From Cyanophora paradoxa CCMP329 (lineage: Eukaryota; Plantae; Glaucophyta): a DNA stretch of 64,000 nt. The DNA lies in NCBI GenBank assembly GCA_004431415.1, contig QPMI01000572.1, positions 356,191 to 420,190 of the forward strand. The letters are read 5' to 3'. Under the pieces are notes generated by a model. That model searched no databases and was not told where the DNA came from. It saw only the letters and a program-made list of their open reading frames with translations. Numbering within the stretch: position 1 is the stretch's first letter; each line of letters starts with the position of its first letter. The position numbers were made by a program, and so were the translations under genes. Below, in pieces: positions 24,412 through 37,980 of the stretch.

Positions 24412-27400
24412 CTACATCTTGAAGCCGCGGGGTGTCGACGGCGCAAGCCGCGCGGACGGGGAGGGTGCGCCGGGACTGGTGCCGACGGCCGCGGCCGGGG
24501 GCGCGTGGGCCCGCATCTGGCGGAAGAGAAGCTCGGCGCTCGAGGCGGCGCCGGCGCGCTCCTCGGGCCTGGCGCCGGCGCAGTGGCCCAGGTGGTGCAG
24601 CGCCCGCGCCTCGAAGAGCTGCGCGCCTGCGCAGCAGCGGGGAAACTCATGCGGCGCGGGCGGGGCGGGGCGGGGCGCGAGGGGAGGGCACCGATGGCGG
24701 CGGCCGCGGCGGCGGCCTCGCGGAAGAGCGCGGCGGCGCGGCGCGGGTGGCCCTCCGCCTCCAGCCGCCGGCCCCGCACGATCGCCGCCGCCGGGCGCAC
24801 CAGCGGGTACGTCGACGCCCCGGCGTCCAGCGCCTTGCCGACGGTGCGCAGGATCCCGAGGATGGTGCCCCCCGAGGAGCTGGCGCGGGGCGGGCGGGCG
24901 GGCGGGGCGCGTGGGCCGGCCGCCGTGGACGGAGGCGGCGGGGCGGGGTCCCGGTCCCGGGGCGGCGGACGGACCTGGCGACGAATCCGGGGGAGCGGAG
25001 GAGGCTCTCGAGCGCGTCCGCCAGCACGAAGAGGGGCGCCAGGATGAGCTGCGCCCGCGCCCCGCCCGGCGTGGGCCCGAGGAGAGAAGAGGATGGGAGG
25101 GGAATCAAATTCGGTAATCAAGGGACCTGGTAGACGTAGACGGGCCCGACGAGGGTGCGCCGGCGGTGCCGCGCCAGCAGCGCCACCGCCTCCGCCCCCG
25201 CCACCACCGCCTCCTGCAGTACACGCTTAGCTTATCCAGGGCGAAGACCTAGGCTAGGGGGAAGGAGCAGGAGCGGGCGCAGAAGAAGCTTAAGGAAACT
25301 AAACTAGACGGAAGAATGTAATCACGGAGCATGAGAAATCTAGGTTGACGGGACGTGCGCGTGCGGGGCGGCGCACGGCGCTGCGGCCCTGGGCGGCGCG
25401 GAGGGCGGCGGTGGCGGCGGCGGCGACGAGGTGGTCGATGACGGCGATCGGGTCCAGCGGCAGCGCCCGCGCCTCCTTCATCGCCTGCGCCGAAAATACT
25501 TAGAGTCCCGGCGGCGCCGCTAGATGGGGGCGGGGCGGGGCGGGGCGGGGCGGGGCGGGGCGGGGCTTTTTGGTTTTTGTGGGGGGGAGGGGAGGAGAGG
25601 TACGGCGGTCTTTAGACGCTAGTCTCGTGGGCGGGACGGCGGCTTAAATGGAAGTCCTCAGCCTGGGCCCTGATTGAAAATCCCGACAAGCATCTGGCGG
25701 GGCGGGGCGCGCCTCCTCCACGTCCGCTAGGCCGCGCGTTGAGATCGAGTCGCGCCGCGCGCTGCCCGAGCGCGGCGTCGCCAGCGTGCCCATACTCCCG
25801 CCCCCGCCGCCGTCGCGCGCCGGCCAGCCCCGCATCAGGCAGCTCGTCGCCAACTGCGCAGGCACGCGCGGCGCGGGCGGGGCGGTGAGCCCGGGCGCGG
25901 ATCAAAGGCAGGGGCGGGGAGAGAAGACAGGGCTTGCCATGGACAGGCCCCAGAACAGGCGGAGCTGTCCCGGTGGCCAGGCTCGTCAGCAGCGCAGAGA
26001 AGATCGGAGAGGGGGCCAAGGCGCGCGCGCACCGTGTGGCCCGCCAGGCGCGCTTCTTGGATCTGGCTGAGGCCGTCAAGACGATATTTTGCGCAGGGCA
26101 AGGGGCCGGGGCGGGGAGGGGGGGGGGAGGGAGCGGGGAGGGGGAGGGGGGAGGGGGGGAGTGGCCGGCCGGGGGGTACGCACGACGGCCTCGCAGGAGT
26201 CGACGGCGGCGGCGAAGCGGCCGCGGAAGGCCGCCACAGCCGCGTGGTTGATCGTCGCCTGTGGGGGGCGGGGGGCGCGGGGCGGGGCGGGGCGGGGAGA
26301 CGCGGGCCGAACGGCGGTCAGCACGAGTGGGCGCGGCGGAGGAAGCGGGGGAGTCTCAAGGAGAGCCCAGAGCGCGGGGGCACCTCGAAGGCGGCGCGCA
26401 GGTCCCTCCCGAGGCGAGCTGCGCGGCCGGCGCGGTCGACGGGGCGGGCGGGGCGGGGCGGGGCGGGGGCGGGGCGGGGGCGGGGCGCGCCTCGATGGCC
26501 CCGCGGGCGCTCAGCTCCTCCGCCTCCCGAAGCTTGCCCAGCATCGCCAGCGTGCTCACCTGAGCCGCGCCGGGCCCACGGTACCCGGTCACAGGCGCGC
26601 CCCCTGCCCGGGGCGGGGGGGAGGGGGCGAGCCTCGTTGGAGAGGAGGTACCCCAGCGCCCCCGCGCAGCGCGGACTCTTCAGCAGCTCCTGCGCCCGCC
26701 TCTGCGCCCCCGCGCGCCCAGTCGGTCTCATGATAACCGCAGCCGCCCGCCGCTGCTGATTGATATTTCTTTTGCGGACCCGGAAGGCCTCGGCCCGCGA
26801 GCGGAGCTTCATGAGCTGCGCGCGGGGCGCGGTCGGAGGGGGCCGGCGGGGGAATGTTCGCCCCCCGCCCCGGCTCGAGCTCGAGCTCGGGGGCCGCGCA
26901 CCGTGAAGATGCTGTACATGAAGGCGCACGCGTCCACGTACCCCGGCGTCTCCGGCTCCTCCCCCGCGATCTGGGTCCGGGTCCGAGTTCAGGTGGTCTG
27001 GGCCCGCCCGGATCTGAGCGTCCAGCTGAAGGGGCGCGCTCTCACCACGGCGTTGCGGGCGGCGTAGTAGACGGCGGCGAGGCCGTCCCCTTTGTGCACC
27101 TGGCAGCCGGGCGCTTAAGCTTAGGAAATGCTCTTCAAGGGAAGCCGCGGGCCGAGGGCCGGGGCGCGGGCCGGGGCGTCGACGTCAACGGACCATGATG
27201 TGCGTGTAGATGGAGAGCAGCGACGAGGCGCACCTGCCGGACCGCGAGGGGCCGCAGAGGTGAGTGAGCGGCTCCAGATCTGGATCCAGCCCGACTGGAC
27301 TGGGGCGGGCTGGCGGGCGGGGGCACCGGCGGGCGGCAGAGCGCTCCTCCTCCTCGGGGGTGCGGGCCCTCCCCGAGGGCCGCCTTGAGGGGCCCCGCGC

Positions 27401-30400
27401 CGCCAGCTGCGCACGCGCGCGCGCGCCCCTCAGCGACCACAGGGCGGGGAATTTCGGTTGATATCTGGACCCAGGAGGACCCGGAGCTCTAGCGCCGTTC
27501 CCCGATCCAGATCCGATAGGGCGGTATGCTTGATTTGCCGCTCCGGCTTCCTGAAGCTAACTCGGGGATCACCGTCTAGATCTCGATTTTAGATTAGGTG
27601 CATCTGAATGTAAACCTAGATCCAGATCCGATGTATAGGGCCCCGGGCCTCCTTTCTGGAGCCCGAGCTCGGGGGCGCGCCCTGAGGAGGTTGGCGGCGA
27701 CGCCGGCGAGGACGGGGGCGTCGCGGGCGTGGGGCAGCCCGAGCAGCGGCAGCGCCCGCTCCAGCACCTGCGCGCGGCGCGCGGCAAAGGCGAGGTCAGC
27801 CACGCTTAGCGCACGAAAATGAATGTCGGCTAGGATCCGGACTTCGTGTAGCTATCGAATATTCGAAGGGAATCATGGTCAGATAGATACGGTGCGATAG
27901 GTTCTGTGCAGTCAGATCGCTAAGATTGGGGTGGGTTTGGAGAAATAGCCTAAGGTGGCTTAGGTGTGGCGGTAGAGTTAAGACTCTGCCCTGTCGGGCA
28001 AGACTTGCTTGCACTGGGTGTCCTTTATCAACTCTAACCGTCCCGGGCGGCTGGCGCACGCAGGTACGAGGCCTGGTCATCGCTAAGATTGGGGTGGGTT
28101 TGGATCGCGACCGGCTGGATCGGATTAGATCCGATCGGGGCGGATCAGACGGGCGGCCTCGACAAGCTCAGGCTCTAATTATAAAGTTCAGCCTCTTAAA
28201 GTATTTATGCAGATAATATATAAGGTATTTATGGCCTCTTAAGGTATTTATGCAGATAATATATAAGCGCGCGGGAAGGCTTCGGGCCGCACGAGCTCGG
28301 CCTCGGCGAGGTGCCCCAGGGCGAAGAGGCTCCCCGCGGCAACCACGAAGCGCCGGGCGCCGGCGGCCAGCGAGCGCAGCGCCGCGCGCCCCGCCGCCGA
28401 GCCGGCCAGCGGGTCCATGCCGGGCAGGGGCACCGCGTCGGCCTCGGCGCCGCCGGGGCCGGAGCCGCCGGCGAGCAGCCGCTCCGCCCCCTCGATCGCC
28501 TCCCCCGCCAGGCTCCTCGCCTGCCGGTCGGGGCACGCGCGCGCCGCGGCGTCAGCAGACGTGCAGAGCGCCGCGGCCGGACGGGGCCACAAGGGTCCCG
28601 TGGTCATGTCTATACGACAGCACATTACGATCCTAGAAGATCGGCGCAATGATCATAAAAAATAGCCAACAAGCGTTTTGAAGTTATCTTTGAGAATTCG
28701 AGGCCTAGGAGATTGCAGGGCGCAATGGCGCCGGGCGGGGGCGGACCTCGGCGTAGGCGCCGGCGGCCATGGCCTCGGCGGCGGCGCGGTCGAGGTAGTG
28801 CACCGCCGCCGCCAGCGCCCCCGCCCGCCCGCAGTGCTGCGCCAGCTGCCCGCTGTGTGTGAGGGGCGCGCGGGCGGGGGAGCTTGGGCGGGGTCGCGTG
28901 TGCGTGTGTGTGCACCGCGGCGGCGGGGCTGCCGGGGCGGGCCTCGAGGTCGAGGGCCGCCCGCCAGTGCAGGCGCCGCCGGTCCGACTCGGAGAGCAGC
29001 TGCGGGGGGGCGTCATGTTTTGCGGGGGCGCGGCGGAGGCGGGGAAAAGAATGCAGAGGGCGAGCGAACAAACAAACCTGGTAGACGATGTCACAGAGGG
29101 ACGCCTGCGACGGGGCCGGGCGCGCGGGACCCGGAGCGTCAGCGGCGCACGCGAGAGCTAGACCCGTCGCGAGTCGCGGCCACTGCCCTTCGCAAGCTTA
29201 AGTTTTCTCTCAAGACTTCCCTCAAGTCCTCAAATTAAAGCCGCCAATTGCAACGGCCCCAAGCTCGCCCAGCCGGAGGGTACGTGAAATTTAAGGGGCC
29301 CTCACCTGAGCGAAGCGGTACTCCGGGGAGCCGCGGAAGCTCTTGCCCCGCAGCAGTACCCCGTGCCTCTCCAGGCTCTGCCAGCCGGCCTCGAGCGCGT
29401 CAGTACCTCACGTATTAGCTGCTCTCTTTTCTTTTCGAGTCTAATTGAGTCTAATAAAAGGATAGGGCGGGGGGGCCGGGGGGGCGGGACGCGAGGGGGG
29501 TTCGTATACACGCACGCGGAGGCAGGAGAGGAGGGTGGCGGGGTTGACCTCGGGGGCCAGCACCGAGAGCACGCTGCCCTGCTCGAAGCGCGCCCCCAGC
29601 ACCGAGCACTGCGATCCAGCCGCCCCTTAGCTCGCTTGGCAGAGCTTAGGTTGGCTTGCGGGTTGGGCTTCTTCAAGGGGGGTGCGCGCCAGCTTGCAGA
29701 CGAGGGCGGCGTCGGGAGAGAGGCGGTCGAGGCGGGAGACCAGCACCCGCTCCAGGCTGCCGGGCCGGGGCAGGCCTAGGGCTCAGCGGGGTGGGAGGGG
29801 CCTCGTCAGCAGGAGAAGGGCGGGCGGCACCTGACGGGCACTGGCAGGTTGCTCCGCCGCTCCGAGGGCCCCAGCTCCCTGCCGGCCACGATCAGGCAGG
29901 GGTCCGGTCCGGCCTGGCCTGGCACGGGAGGCGCGGGGGCGGGGGCGGGGGCGGGGCGGGCCTGCCGCGCTCGTCGAAGGCGAGGAGGCGGCGCCAGTCG
30001 GGCGAGCGCGCGATGACGCCCTTCGCCAGCAGCAGCGCCGTCTGCGGAGATCGCCGGCGCGTCAGAAACGCCGGCGCCGGCTGTAGTAGGGAGTCCGGGG
30101 GGGCGAGATCGAGCTCGAGGGGGGAGGGGACGGGGGGGGTACAGTATGCGATATGTGACATGGGCGCTTAACGCGCGAACTAAATTCGAAACCATCGATT
30201 CGCACTCGCTTCACGAGCCGGGCGCGGGCGCGGGCGGGCGCGGGCTCGCGGGGGCACCATCTCCTGGAGGAGGAAGGGGTTGCCGCGGGCGCGCTCCCTG
30301 AGCTCCTCGGCGAGCCAGGCGGGGACGCCCAGCGGCGGGATCTCCGTCAGGTGCCCCATGAACCGCCGCGCCTCTGCGGGGGCAGCTCAGCTGGAGGGGG

Positions 30401-33400
30401 CCGGCCGGCGCGGCTCGGAAGCGATCTATCTATCTAATCTATCTGGGTGACACGGCCGCTTGCGGGCTCGCGATCGGCGGGGCGGGGCGGGGCGGGGGGG
30501 GGGGGTACGGGCGCGCACCTTTGACGTCGAGGGGCCCCATCGCGACCTTCTTCGCGCGGGACGCCGACGCGGCCGGCAGGCTCAGGACGGAGAAGGACGG
30601 CGGCTGCGGAGGGGGCGGTCGTTCGAGTCGGGTGCCGCGCGCGCGCGCGCGCGTTCGCGAACAAGGGGCGCGCGGGCGGTCAGGAAGTTCATCATATTAG
30701 GAAAAAGCATCCTCAGGTCCAGTACCAATAATGAAAAGGTCTTATAAGACACTATGTGATTTTAGGGCACGCGCGCGGGCGACCGGTCACCTTCCGGGGG
30801 CCCGACAGGGGGCCCGGCTCGGACCCCTCCCGCTCGCGGCCGCGGTCGCGAGCCGCGGCGAGGTCCCCGCTCGCGATCGGGCTCGCCTTGGCCATAAAAT
30901 CCCCCTCGCCCTCCTCGCCCCCGGTCCGCAGCGTGATGATGACGGACGCCTCTGAGTGCTGCGCGACCGTCTTCACGAGCCGCTGCGTCGGCGAGTCCAG
31001 GAAGCTCGCGTCCTGTACCCCGGCCCCAGCTTGTTTTTAGCGCGAGGTAGGCGGGCTCGGAGGCCATTGCAAGCACCTCGACGACGAGGATGGCGCCGAG
31101 CCGCCGCATCAAAGTCTGCCGGCGCGGCCGCGAGGCGGTGAGCTCCAGCGGGCGGTTTCGGAGCGCGCGAGCGCGGGGGCCCGGTCCTAGGCCTGGGGCG
31201 GACCCGGAGGAGGGAGGAGAGGAAGAGGAGGAGGGCGTCGGCGGCGCTGTCGCGGTGCCCGTCGTCGCCCCGGCCGCCGCCATGCGCGCGGGCGCGGGCG
31301 CCCGCCACTGCCGGCGCGTCCTCGAGCAGGTCGTGCAGCAGCTGCCCGGCCCGCCCCGCCCACGTGAGCGATCTCGATCCCGACCGAAGCTGAAGGGAGA
31401 GCTGACCCGGGCGTTGGCGGGGGAGGCTAGCTCCGGGTCGAGGCGGGCCAGCGAGTCCCGCAGGGACGCCAGCCCCGCGCCGACGTCGGCGGGCCCGGGG
31501 GGGGAGTACCCCCGCCCCTCCTCCGCGCCCCCCGCGCCTCCTTCCCCGACGCCGCCGAGCTGCCGCGAGGTGGTCACGAGGCCGGCGGCGCGACACCGGC
31601 GCCGAGATCAAGTTCGAGGCCTAGGGCACCCGGGCGAAGCTGGTCGGCAGCATGGCGACGACTGCCGAGGGCCGCGGCGCGCCCCCCGCGGCCGCGAGGG
31701 GATCGCGGTCGGGCTCGCGCTCGGGCGCAAGGTCGAAGTCCTCCCACGCGGCGAAGCTCGAGCGGCTGCGCGCGACGCGACGCGGCGTCAGGCGCGATGG
31801 CGAGGGCGCGGCGCGCGGGCTCGAGCCCGGGCCCGGGGGGAAGCGAGGGGCTCGCCGCGTGATGTAGGTGGATACGCGGCGGATGGAATTCAGGGCGGCC
31901 TCCACCGCCGGCGATCGATCCCGAGCGCCCGAGCCGCCGTCGATCTCCCGCACGTCCGGGAGCGGGGGCGGGGGGGGCCCGTCGGCGCCCCCCCGCTCCA
32001 CGCGCACTGAGGTGTACCCGTACGAGGGCCGAAGCCTGGACGCCGGGTACACGTTCAGGGTTTCCCCGGATGCCACCGACTCGCGGCGCGACTCGGCCTT
32101 GGAGACCGAGTCCGGGACCGCGGCCGGCGATCGCGTGACGGAGCTCGAGGCGAGGGGGTACGCCTCCCGCCCCTGCCCCTCGTCGCCCTCCGAATCCGTG
32201 CGGAAGACGGCCCGCAGCGCCTGCGCGCGTCGCAGTCACGACCAGTCACGAGCGGCGAGGCCGCGCGCGGGGGCGGGGGCGGGCCTCGCGGAGGGAGTGG
32301 TAGGGGCGGGCGGCGTCGAGGCGGTCGCCGGCGATCGCGAGGCAGGGGACCCCGCTCGCCTCCGCCAGGCGCAGCGCCTCCGACACCAGCACCGACTTGC
32401 CTGGTGGAAGGTGAAGGGGCGCCCGAAGGAGGGAGGGAGGGGGCCCTCGGGCCCGCGCTCGCGCGCGCGGCGCACCAGAGCCGGCCTCGCCCTCGATGAC
32501 GAGGACCCCAGCGCCGCCGTTGTGTGCGCCGCCGCCGCTTGCGCGGCCCATGGCCCCTAGGCCTAGGCCCAGGCCCTCCGCCCGCGTCGACGCCGCCGCC
32601 GCCGCGATGAATTCCTGCCGCGGCAAAGCAAAGTCGAACCAGGTGCGGCGCGCGATGAAATCATACGAAGCAACGGCGGAACCTGCACGGCAGCGCGCTG
32701 GGGCATCCTCCCAAAGATGTGAGCCTCGGAGGACCCCTGCGGCGAGAACCACACCCGTCAGCCGCCCCTTCGAATTTTAGCGGGACCGAATTTTATGAAG
32801 CGAATTTTAGAATGCATTTATGGAGCAATTTTATGAAGCGAATTTTAGAATGTATAAGCATCAGCTGCCCCTTCCGCGCCCGCATGCATACGCTTATAGT
32901 TAGTTAAGTTTAGTTTAGTTATACGCTTATAGTTGAGTTTCTTATACGCTTATAGTTAAGTTTCTTCCGGCCGCGGGATCGCTAGCGCTAGCGCTGGGAC
33001 GTGGGCGGACCGGGCTGCCGGCGCCGAGCTCCTCGCCCTCGCTGGCGCTCTGGTACTTCTCCGACGCCGAGGCCGAGCCCTCGAACGCGTGGGCGCCGTT
33101 TGCAGTCGGAGCGGTCTCCTGCGCCTGCCGCGACTGCCGCCTGAGGGCACTGGCGACGCTGCTGCTCGACTGGCGCCGGCCGCCGCCGCCGCCGCCGCCG
33201 CCGTCCATCTCCCTGAGCGATCGAGAAGACGGCACCTTGCGCCTGCTCCAAAAAGAATCACCCCGATTCGAGGAGAGCCGCGTGCGCGGTGTACGTGCGG
33301 GCCGCGCGCGGTCGCACCACGAGCGCCCGCCCACGCGCCTCACGAGCAGGAAGGCCTCGACCGGCCCGTCGTGTCCCTTCACCTGCGCGCACACGCAAGC

Positions 33401-34715
33401 CGGGGCGACGGCCGTGGCCGCCGGCGTCGACGTCAGCCCGGCCTCTGAGTGCCTACGAGGCCGGGCTTCACGAACGGTGAGGGGCGGCGTCGCCTCGGCC
33501 TCTGCAGGCGAGGCCGGTCAGCACCCACACGGCTCGCGATAACGATCGAGCGCGCACGGGCAGATTAGATCTAGTTCTAGATCTAGAAGCTTAAGATGGT
33601 TCTTGGAGACGTGCAGAAGGGAGAAAGGCTAGGGCGCGCACCGAACTCGCTCTTCGCCGTGTCGTGCGTCATCCGGTCGATGAGCACGGCGCCGTCGGCG
33701 GCCGCCATGAGCCTGCGCCAAGAACATGCAATGAGCGCGAAACGAATTCGAATCGAAGCACAGGCTCACGACCAAGCTATTTAAATTTTAAGCACCGGGC
33801 CGCAAGGTTGACGGAGGCCCCCAGCACGGTGTAGTCGCAGCGGGACGAGTCGCCCACGAGCCTGTGCCAGGCGAGCGCGGGCGCGTTGGATTTCGATGGA
33901 GAGCGAGCTCGAGGCACAGGTCGGCGCACCCGGCGAAGACGCGGCCGGTGCAGACGCCGACGCTGACGCGGCCGAGGCCGCCCTCCGCGAACTCGTCCCG
34001 GATGCGCACCTGCGAGGACGTCGGGACTGGTCTGGGGGCCTTGGAGCGGGGGAGGGCCGGGGCCGGCTCGAACCGCGGCGGAGCAGGCGCGGCTCGGGTC
34101 GTCCGGGTGGGACGAGCCGACGAGCCCCCACGTGACCATCCCCACGAAGCCCTGCGCATAGACGAAGAGGAGCGCATCGGATGTCAAGCTCAGCCCTGGA
34201 CCCGGAATGGCGGGCGGGGGGGCGGGCCTTGTCGTCGCGGAAGAAGCTGCGGACGACGCCGCCGGAGCGCTCGGCGGCGCCCTGCACGACCCGCACCCGC
34301 CGGTCAAGAGCCTCGAGTTCTTCTAAGTCCGGAGGCCTGGGTTCCTGCTGGGCCGGGCGGGGGGGGGCGCGCCGGCGGGACCGCCGGGCGCGGGCGCTTC
34401 CAATTCAGCATGGCGACCGTTCACGGGGTCTACGCGGGGCGCGCGCGCACCGCTGGCGTCGCCGCGTCGGACCCGGGCGTGCCCGGGGCCGTCGGGAGGA
34501 GAACGAAGGCGCACGTGATCACCCGCATTTCCGCGAAGAAGCGCCTGCGGCAACGCTCTGATCTCCAACTAGTCCAACTAATCATAACGAGCTTATTGTA
34601 GCTTATTGTCTAGAATCGAAGCTTGAGAGGATGCAGCGCGCGCGCGCGCACCCGCCGTGGGTCAGGACCCTCTCCACGTCCCGGGGCAGGAACGGCGCGA
34701 GCCGCGCCAGGGTGC

Positions 34716-34749
<34 letters not shown>

Positions 34750-35333
34750 GCGGTGCGACCCGGCCCCGCCGCGCGCCATGGACCTCGAGTCCTCTGGCTC
34801 TCTGCGGGGGCCGGGGTCACGGCTCGGCCGCGGGCGCCGGCCGCGCTGACGACGGGTCCGGAGGCGCATGGCGCGCGTACGCACGGCGCGGGCTGTACAC
34901 GCGGACGGCCGGCGCCGGCGCCGTGGCCCTCTTCGGCCGCCAGGTCCAGGACGAGCGGTCGGGGTTTCTCCCGGGCGCGATCGCGATCGCGATCGCGGCC
35001 CCCGCGTGCGAGGTCGGCGATGTTGGCCACGAAGCGCTGCCCGATCGGCGCCGCCGGCGGCGAGAGGGGGACCGACCGCGAGCCGCCGCTCGCCGGGGAC
35101 TGCGGGCCGGAGCCGGAGCCGGCCTCCGAGCGCGGCGGCCTCTGCGGGGTCCACGGGCGGGTGGAGTCGGCGCAGGCGCGGTCCAGCTCCGGCGACGGCC
35201 ACTCGAAGACGCCGTAGCCGCCCCGGACCCGCCGCCCGGCGCGCCCGAACCCGCGCCCGCGCCCGAGCCCCGCCGCCGCGTAGCCGGCGCCTCGCAGCCC
35301 GTCGCGGCCAAGACCTGCGCCGCATCAGGGGGA

Positions 35334-35377
<44 letters not shown>

Positions 35378-36498
35378 GTCCGGCTCGCCTCGGGGGCGGC
35401 GCAGAGGCAGCCGGTGGGGGCGAGGGCGATGGCCTGCGCGAGGCGCGCGAGAGGCTCGCCGTGCACCTGCGCGAAGTTTGAGCGCGAGCGCAAATAAGAA
35501 GAAGGCTGGTCTTCTACATGTTAGATATAATGCAATTAGATGGTTTTGTCAACATAGAGAAGCGGGCCTAGGCCGAAGCGGGCGGGCGACGACGTGGGAA
35601 TGTTAATTATTTAATGCGCACGGTGAGCTCGAGCTTGCCGCTGACGCCGCCGAGGGTCAGGGCCGCGAGCGGGCCGGCCGCCAGCGCGACGTGGAGCTGG
35701 AAGGGGTCGCCCAGCTCGCGGTCGCGCTCGATCTCGCCGGGGGGCGCCGCCTGCGGTGCCAGCAGCTCCCGCGCGATCTGGAGGCCCCGCCGGCACGCCC
35801 CCGGCAGCTCCGAGGCGCCCTCGCACGGCAGCAGGACCAGGCACGCGTCCCCCTGTGCACGCGCGCCGCGCCGCACGTCAGCGGGCGCAGGTCTCGAGCC
35901 GAAGCCACGACGAAACTGACCAGGAATTTGAGGACGTCTGAAGCAGAAAATCCGAAAGCGCGGACGCGCAGGCGTCAGAGCGAGCCGGTGTCAGCAACAA
36001 CGTACGTTGGAAGCACGTGCACGCACCGCCGTCGAAGGCGCGGGCGACGCGGAGGATCTTCTGCGTCGCCGCGTTCAGCTTGCGGCTGAGCAGGTCGGCG
36101 GCGCGGGCCCCGTCGAAGCCGGCCGTGCGCTGGCCGTGGCCGGAGCCGGCGAGCGCGGAGAGGCCGCCGCCGCCGTCGAGCAGGAGCTCCTGGGCCGCCC
36201 GCACCGACCCCGCGATGTCCGCGAGGAGCACGGCGCCCCAGAGCGCCCGCGCCGACGGGCCGGCGCCGACGCCGACGCCGGCCGGCGCCGCGGCCGCGGC
36301 CCCATGGAGGCCGTCTCCTGTGGACCCGGCTGCTGATCCAGCGCCGGCCCGGCCCGCTGCCGCGGCCGGCCCGGCCGCGGCCGCGAGCGAGCGCGCGAGG
36401 TCCGAGAGGAACGCCTCGCCGGAGGCTTCGTCGGTCAACCTGGCAGTCGGTCAATCCAAGTGAGAGTTCTCTCTGCGCGCGCACACACACGCGCACAT
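24412..36498 (-). CDS. Soluble adenylyl cyclase (ADCY10/sAC)-like protein: two class III cyclase domains, STAND-type P-loop NTPase, helical/TPR-like C-terminus; multi-exon
   Basis: C1: GAVLLADIAGS, VLKFL-GDACLVLL, LHVALAAG. C2: AEMRVITCAFV, VRSFFRDDK-GFVG, VSVGVCTGRVFAG-LVGDSSRCDYTVLGASVNLAAR-LM, VKGHDGPV. Walker A IEGEAGSGKS. Also RARGNPFLLQE. Stop TAG at 24412-24414. Confidence 0.9.
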
Positions 36499-37535
36499 TT
36501 GGACATGTGCAGCGTGCGTGGATCAAGGCCGAGGGTGCACGTGCCGCAGCTGGATCCGCGCGCGGATGCTGACAGCTGCTGCAGGAGCGGCCGCGGCTGA
36601 AAATATCAACGGGCCACGCGCCGCGTCGGCGCCGCGCTGTGCCGCGGCCGCGCGCGCTAGCGACACGACTAGCCTAGTAGGGCTGCGCGCTCAGGAACTC
36701 GAGTGCAGCCCCGAGGCTCGGCCGCGGCTTGTATCAAGTTGGACTGCCAATTGCAAAGACTCAGCTGCAGTCACTGAGTGTATGTCCGACGGTGGACGTC
36801 GCGCGCGCACGCAGTGCCCGGCCGCAGCGCTAGGCCCGCGCTAGCTATAGGCTGCTGCCCTGCGCAGGCTGCGCTGCTGGCAGTGGCAGCCTGCTGCGCA
36901 CTGCGGCATGCGCCGCCTCGGCGGCCTCACCGACGGCCGGGCAGCCCGGGCCGGCTCAGCCCGGCTGAATCAGCCTGCATTGCAGCACTGCGGCAATGCC
37001 CTGCATGATGCATCATGGCATCATCAAACTGCATCAGTCTGCATGCCACTGTGATGCCAGTGATGCCACTAGCGCTGCTAAGCGGCTGCTTCCGGAATTC
37101 CGCCGTGGCCGTTTTGATCCACGGTGTTGTTGTACCCTGCATCATCAGGCTGCATGTGGCCATTCGTAAGTTATCGTAACTCGATCACTGCCACGCGAGT
37201 CACTCAGTGACTGGCTTTTTTCTGCATTTCCCCATCCTTTTTGTCTGCTTTTTTCTGCATTTTTCCCCACTTATAGGATTCGAATGTTCATAGCTAAATC
37301 AGCCTTAATCAGGGGATTCAGGGCTCAAAATTTCCTGAGAATTTGCCTCTAATTTAAATGCAACTTTATGTAAGTACTACTATAGTCATGCAAATTGCCT
37401 CTAATTTAAATGTTACAGTGTATATAAGTTAAGCTAGGTTAAATTGTAATCACTGCAGTATATATATATATAACTTGTAAGTTAACGTTGGAATTAAGTT
37501 GTAACCCTGTATAACTTATAATTAGTAACGCTTAA

Positions 37536-37980
37536 CGGGGCCGTCGACCGTCGGACCGTCGGACGTCGGGCCGGGGCCCGGCCCGCCCGGGCCCGGGGCG
37601 TCGACGTCGCCGCCGGCCGCGCCGGGCCGGGGCGCCGCCGCGTCGACGTCGGGCGGGCCGGGGCGGCTCGGGCCGGGCCGGGGCCCGGGGGCCGGCGGGG
37701 CCGGGGCCCGGGCCCGGGGCCGGCCCGGCCGGGCCCGGCGGGGCCCGCGGGGGCCGGCCCGGCCGGGGGCCCGGGACCGTCGGACTCGGGCCGGGACTCG
37801 GGAGGCCCGGGCCGGCGGGACTCCGGGACTCGGGACCGGGAGTCGACTCGGGAGTCGGGAGTCGGAGTCGGGACTCGCGATCGGGACTCGCCGAGTCGGG
37901 CGACGGCCCGGCGGCCGCGGCCCGGCGGCGGGTCACGGGAGTCGCGATCGCGATCGGGAGTCGGGAATTGCCTTGCCTTG
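37536..37980. repeat. Extreme-GC low-complexity tract built from nested micro-palindromes (GGGCCC, GGCC, GTCGAC, GACTC/GAGTC, TCGCGA)
   Basis: Read directly from the sequence. It borders abruptly on an AT-rich palindromic tract at 37400-37535. Confidence 0.8.

Noticed and set aside
32770-32960. Repeats TTTATGAAGCGAATTTTAGAATG (x2) and ATACGCTTATAGTT (x3)
   Set aside because: Simple local slippage duplications within an intron, with no element structure.
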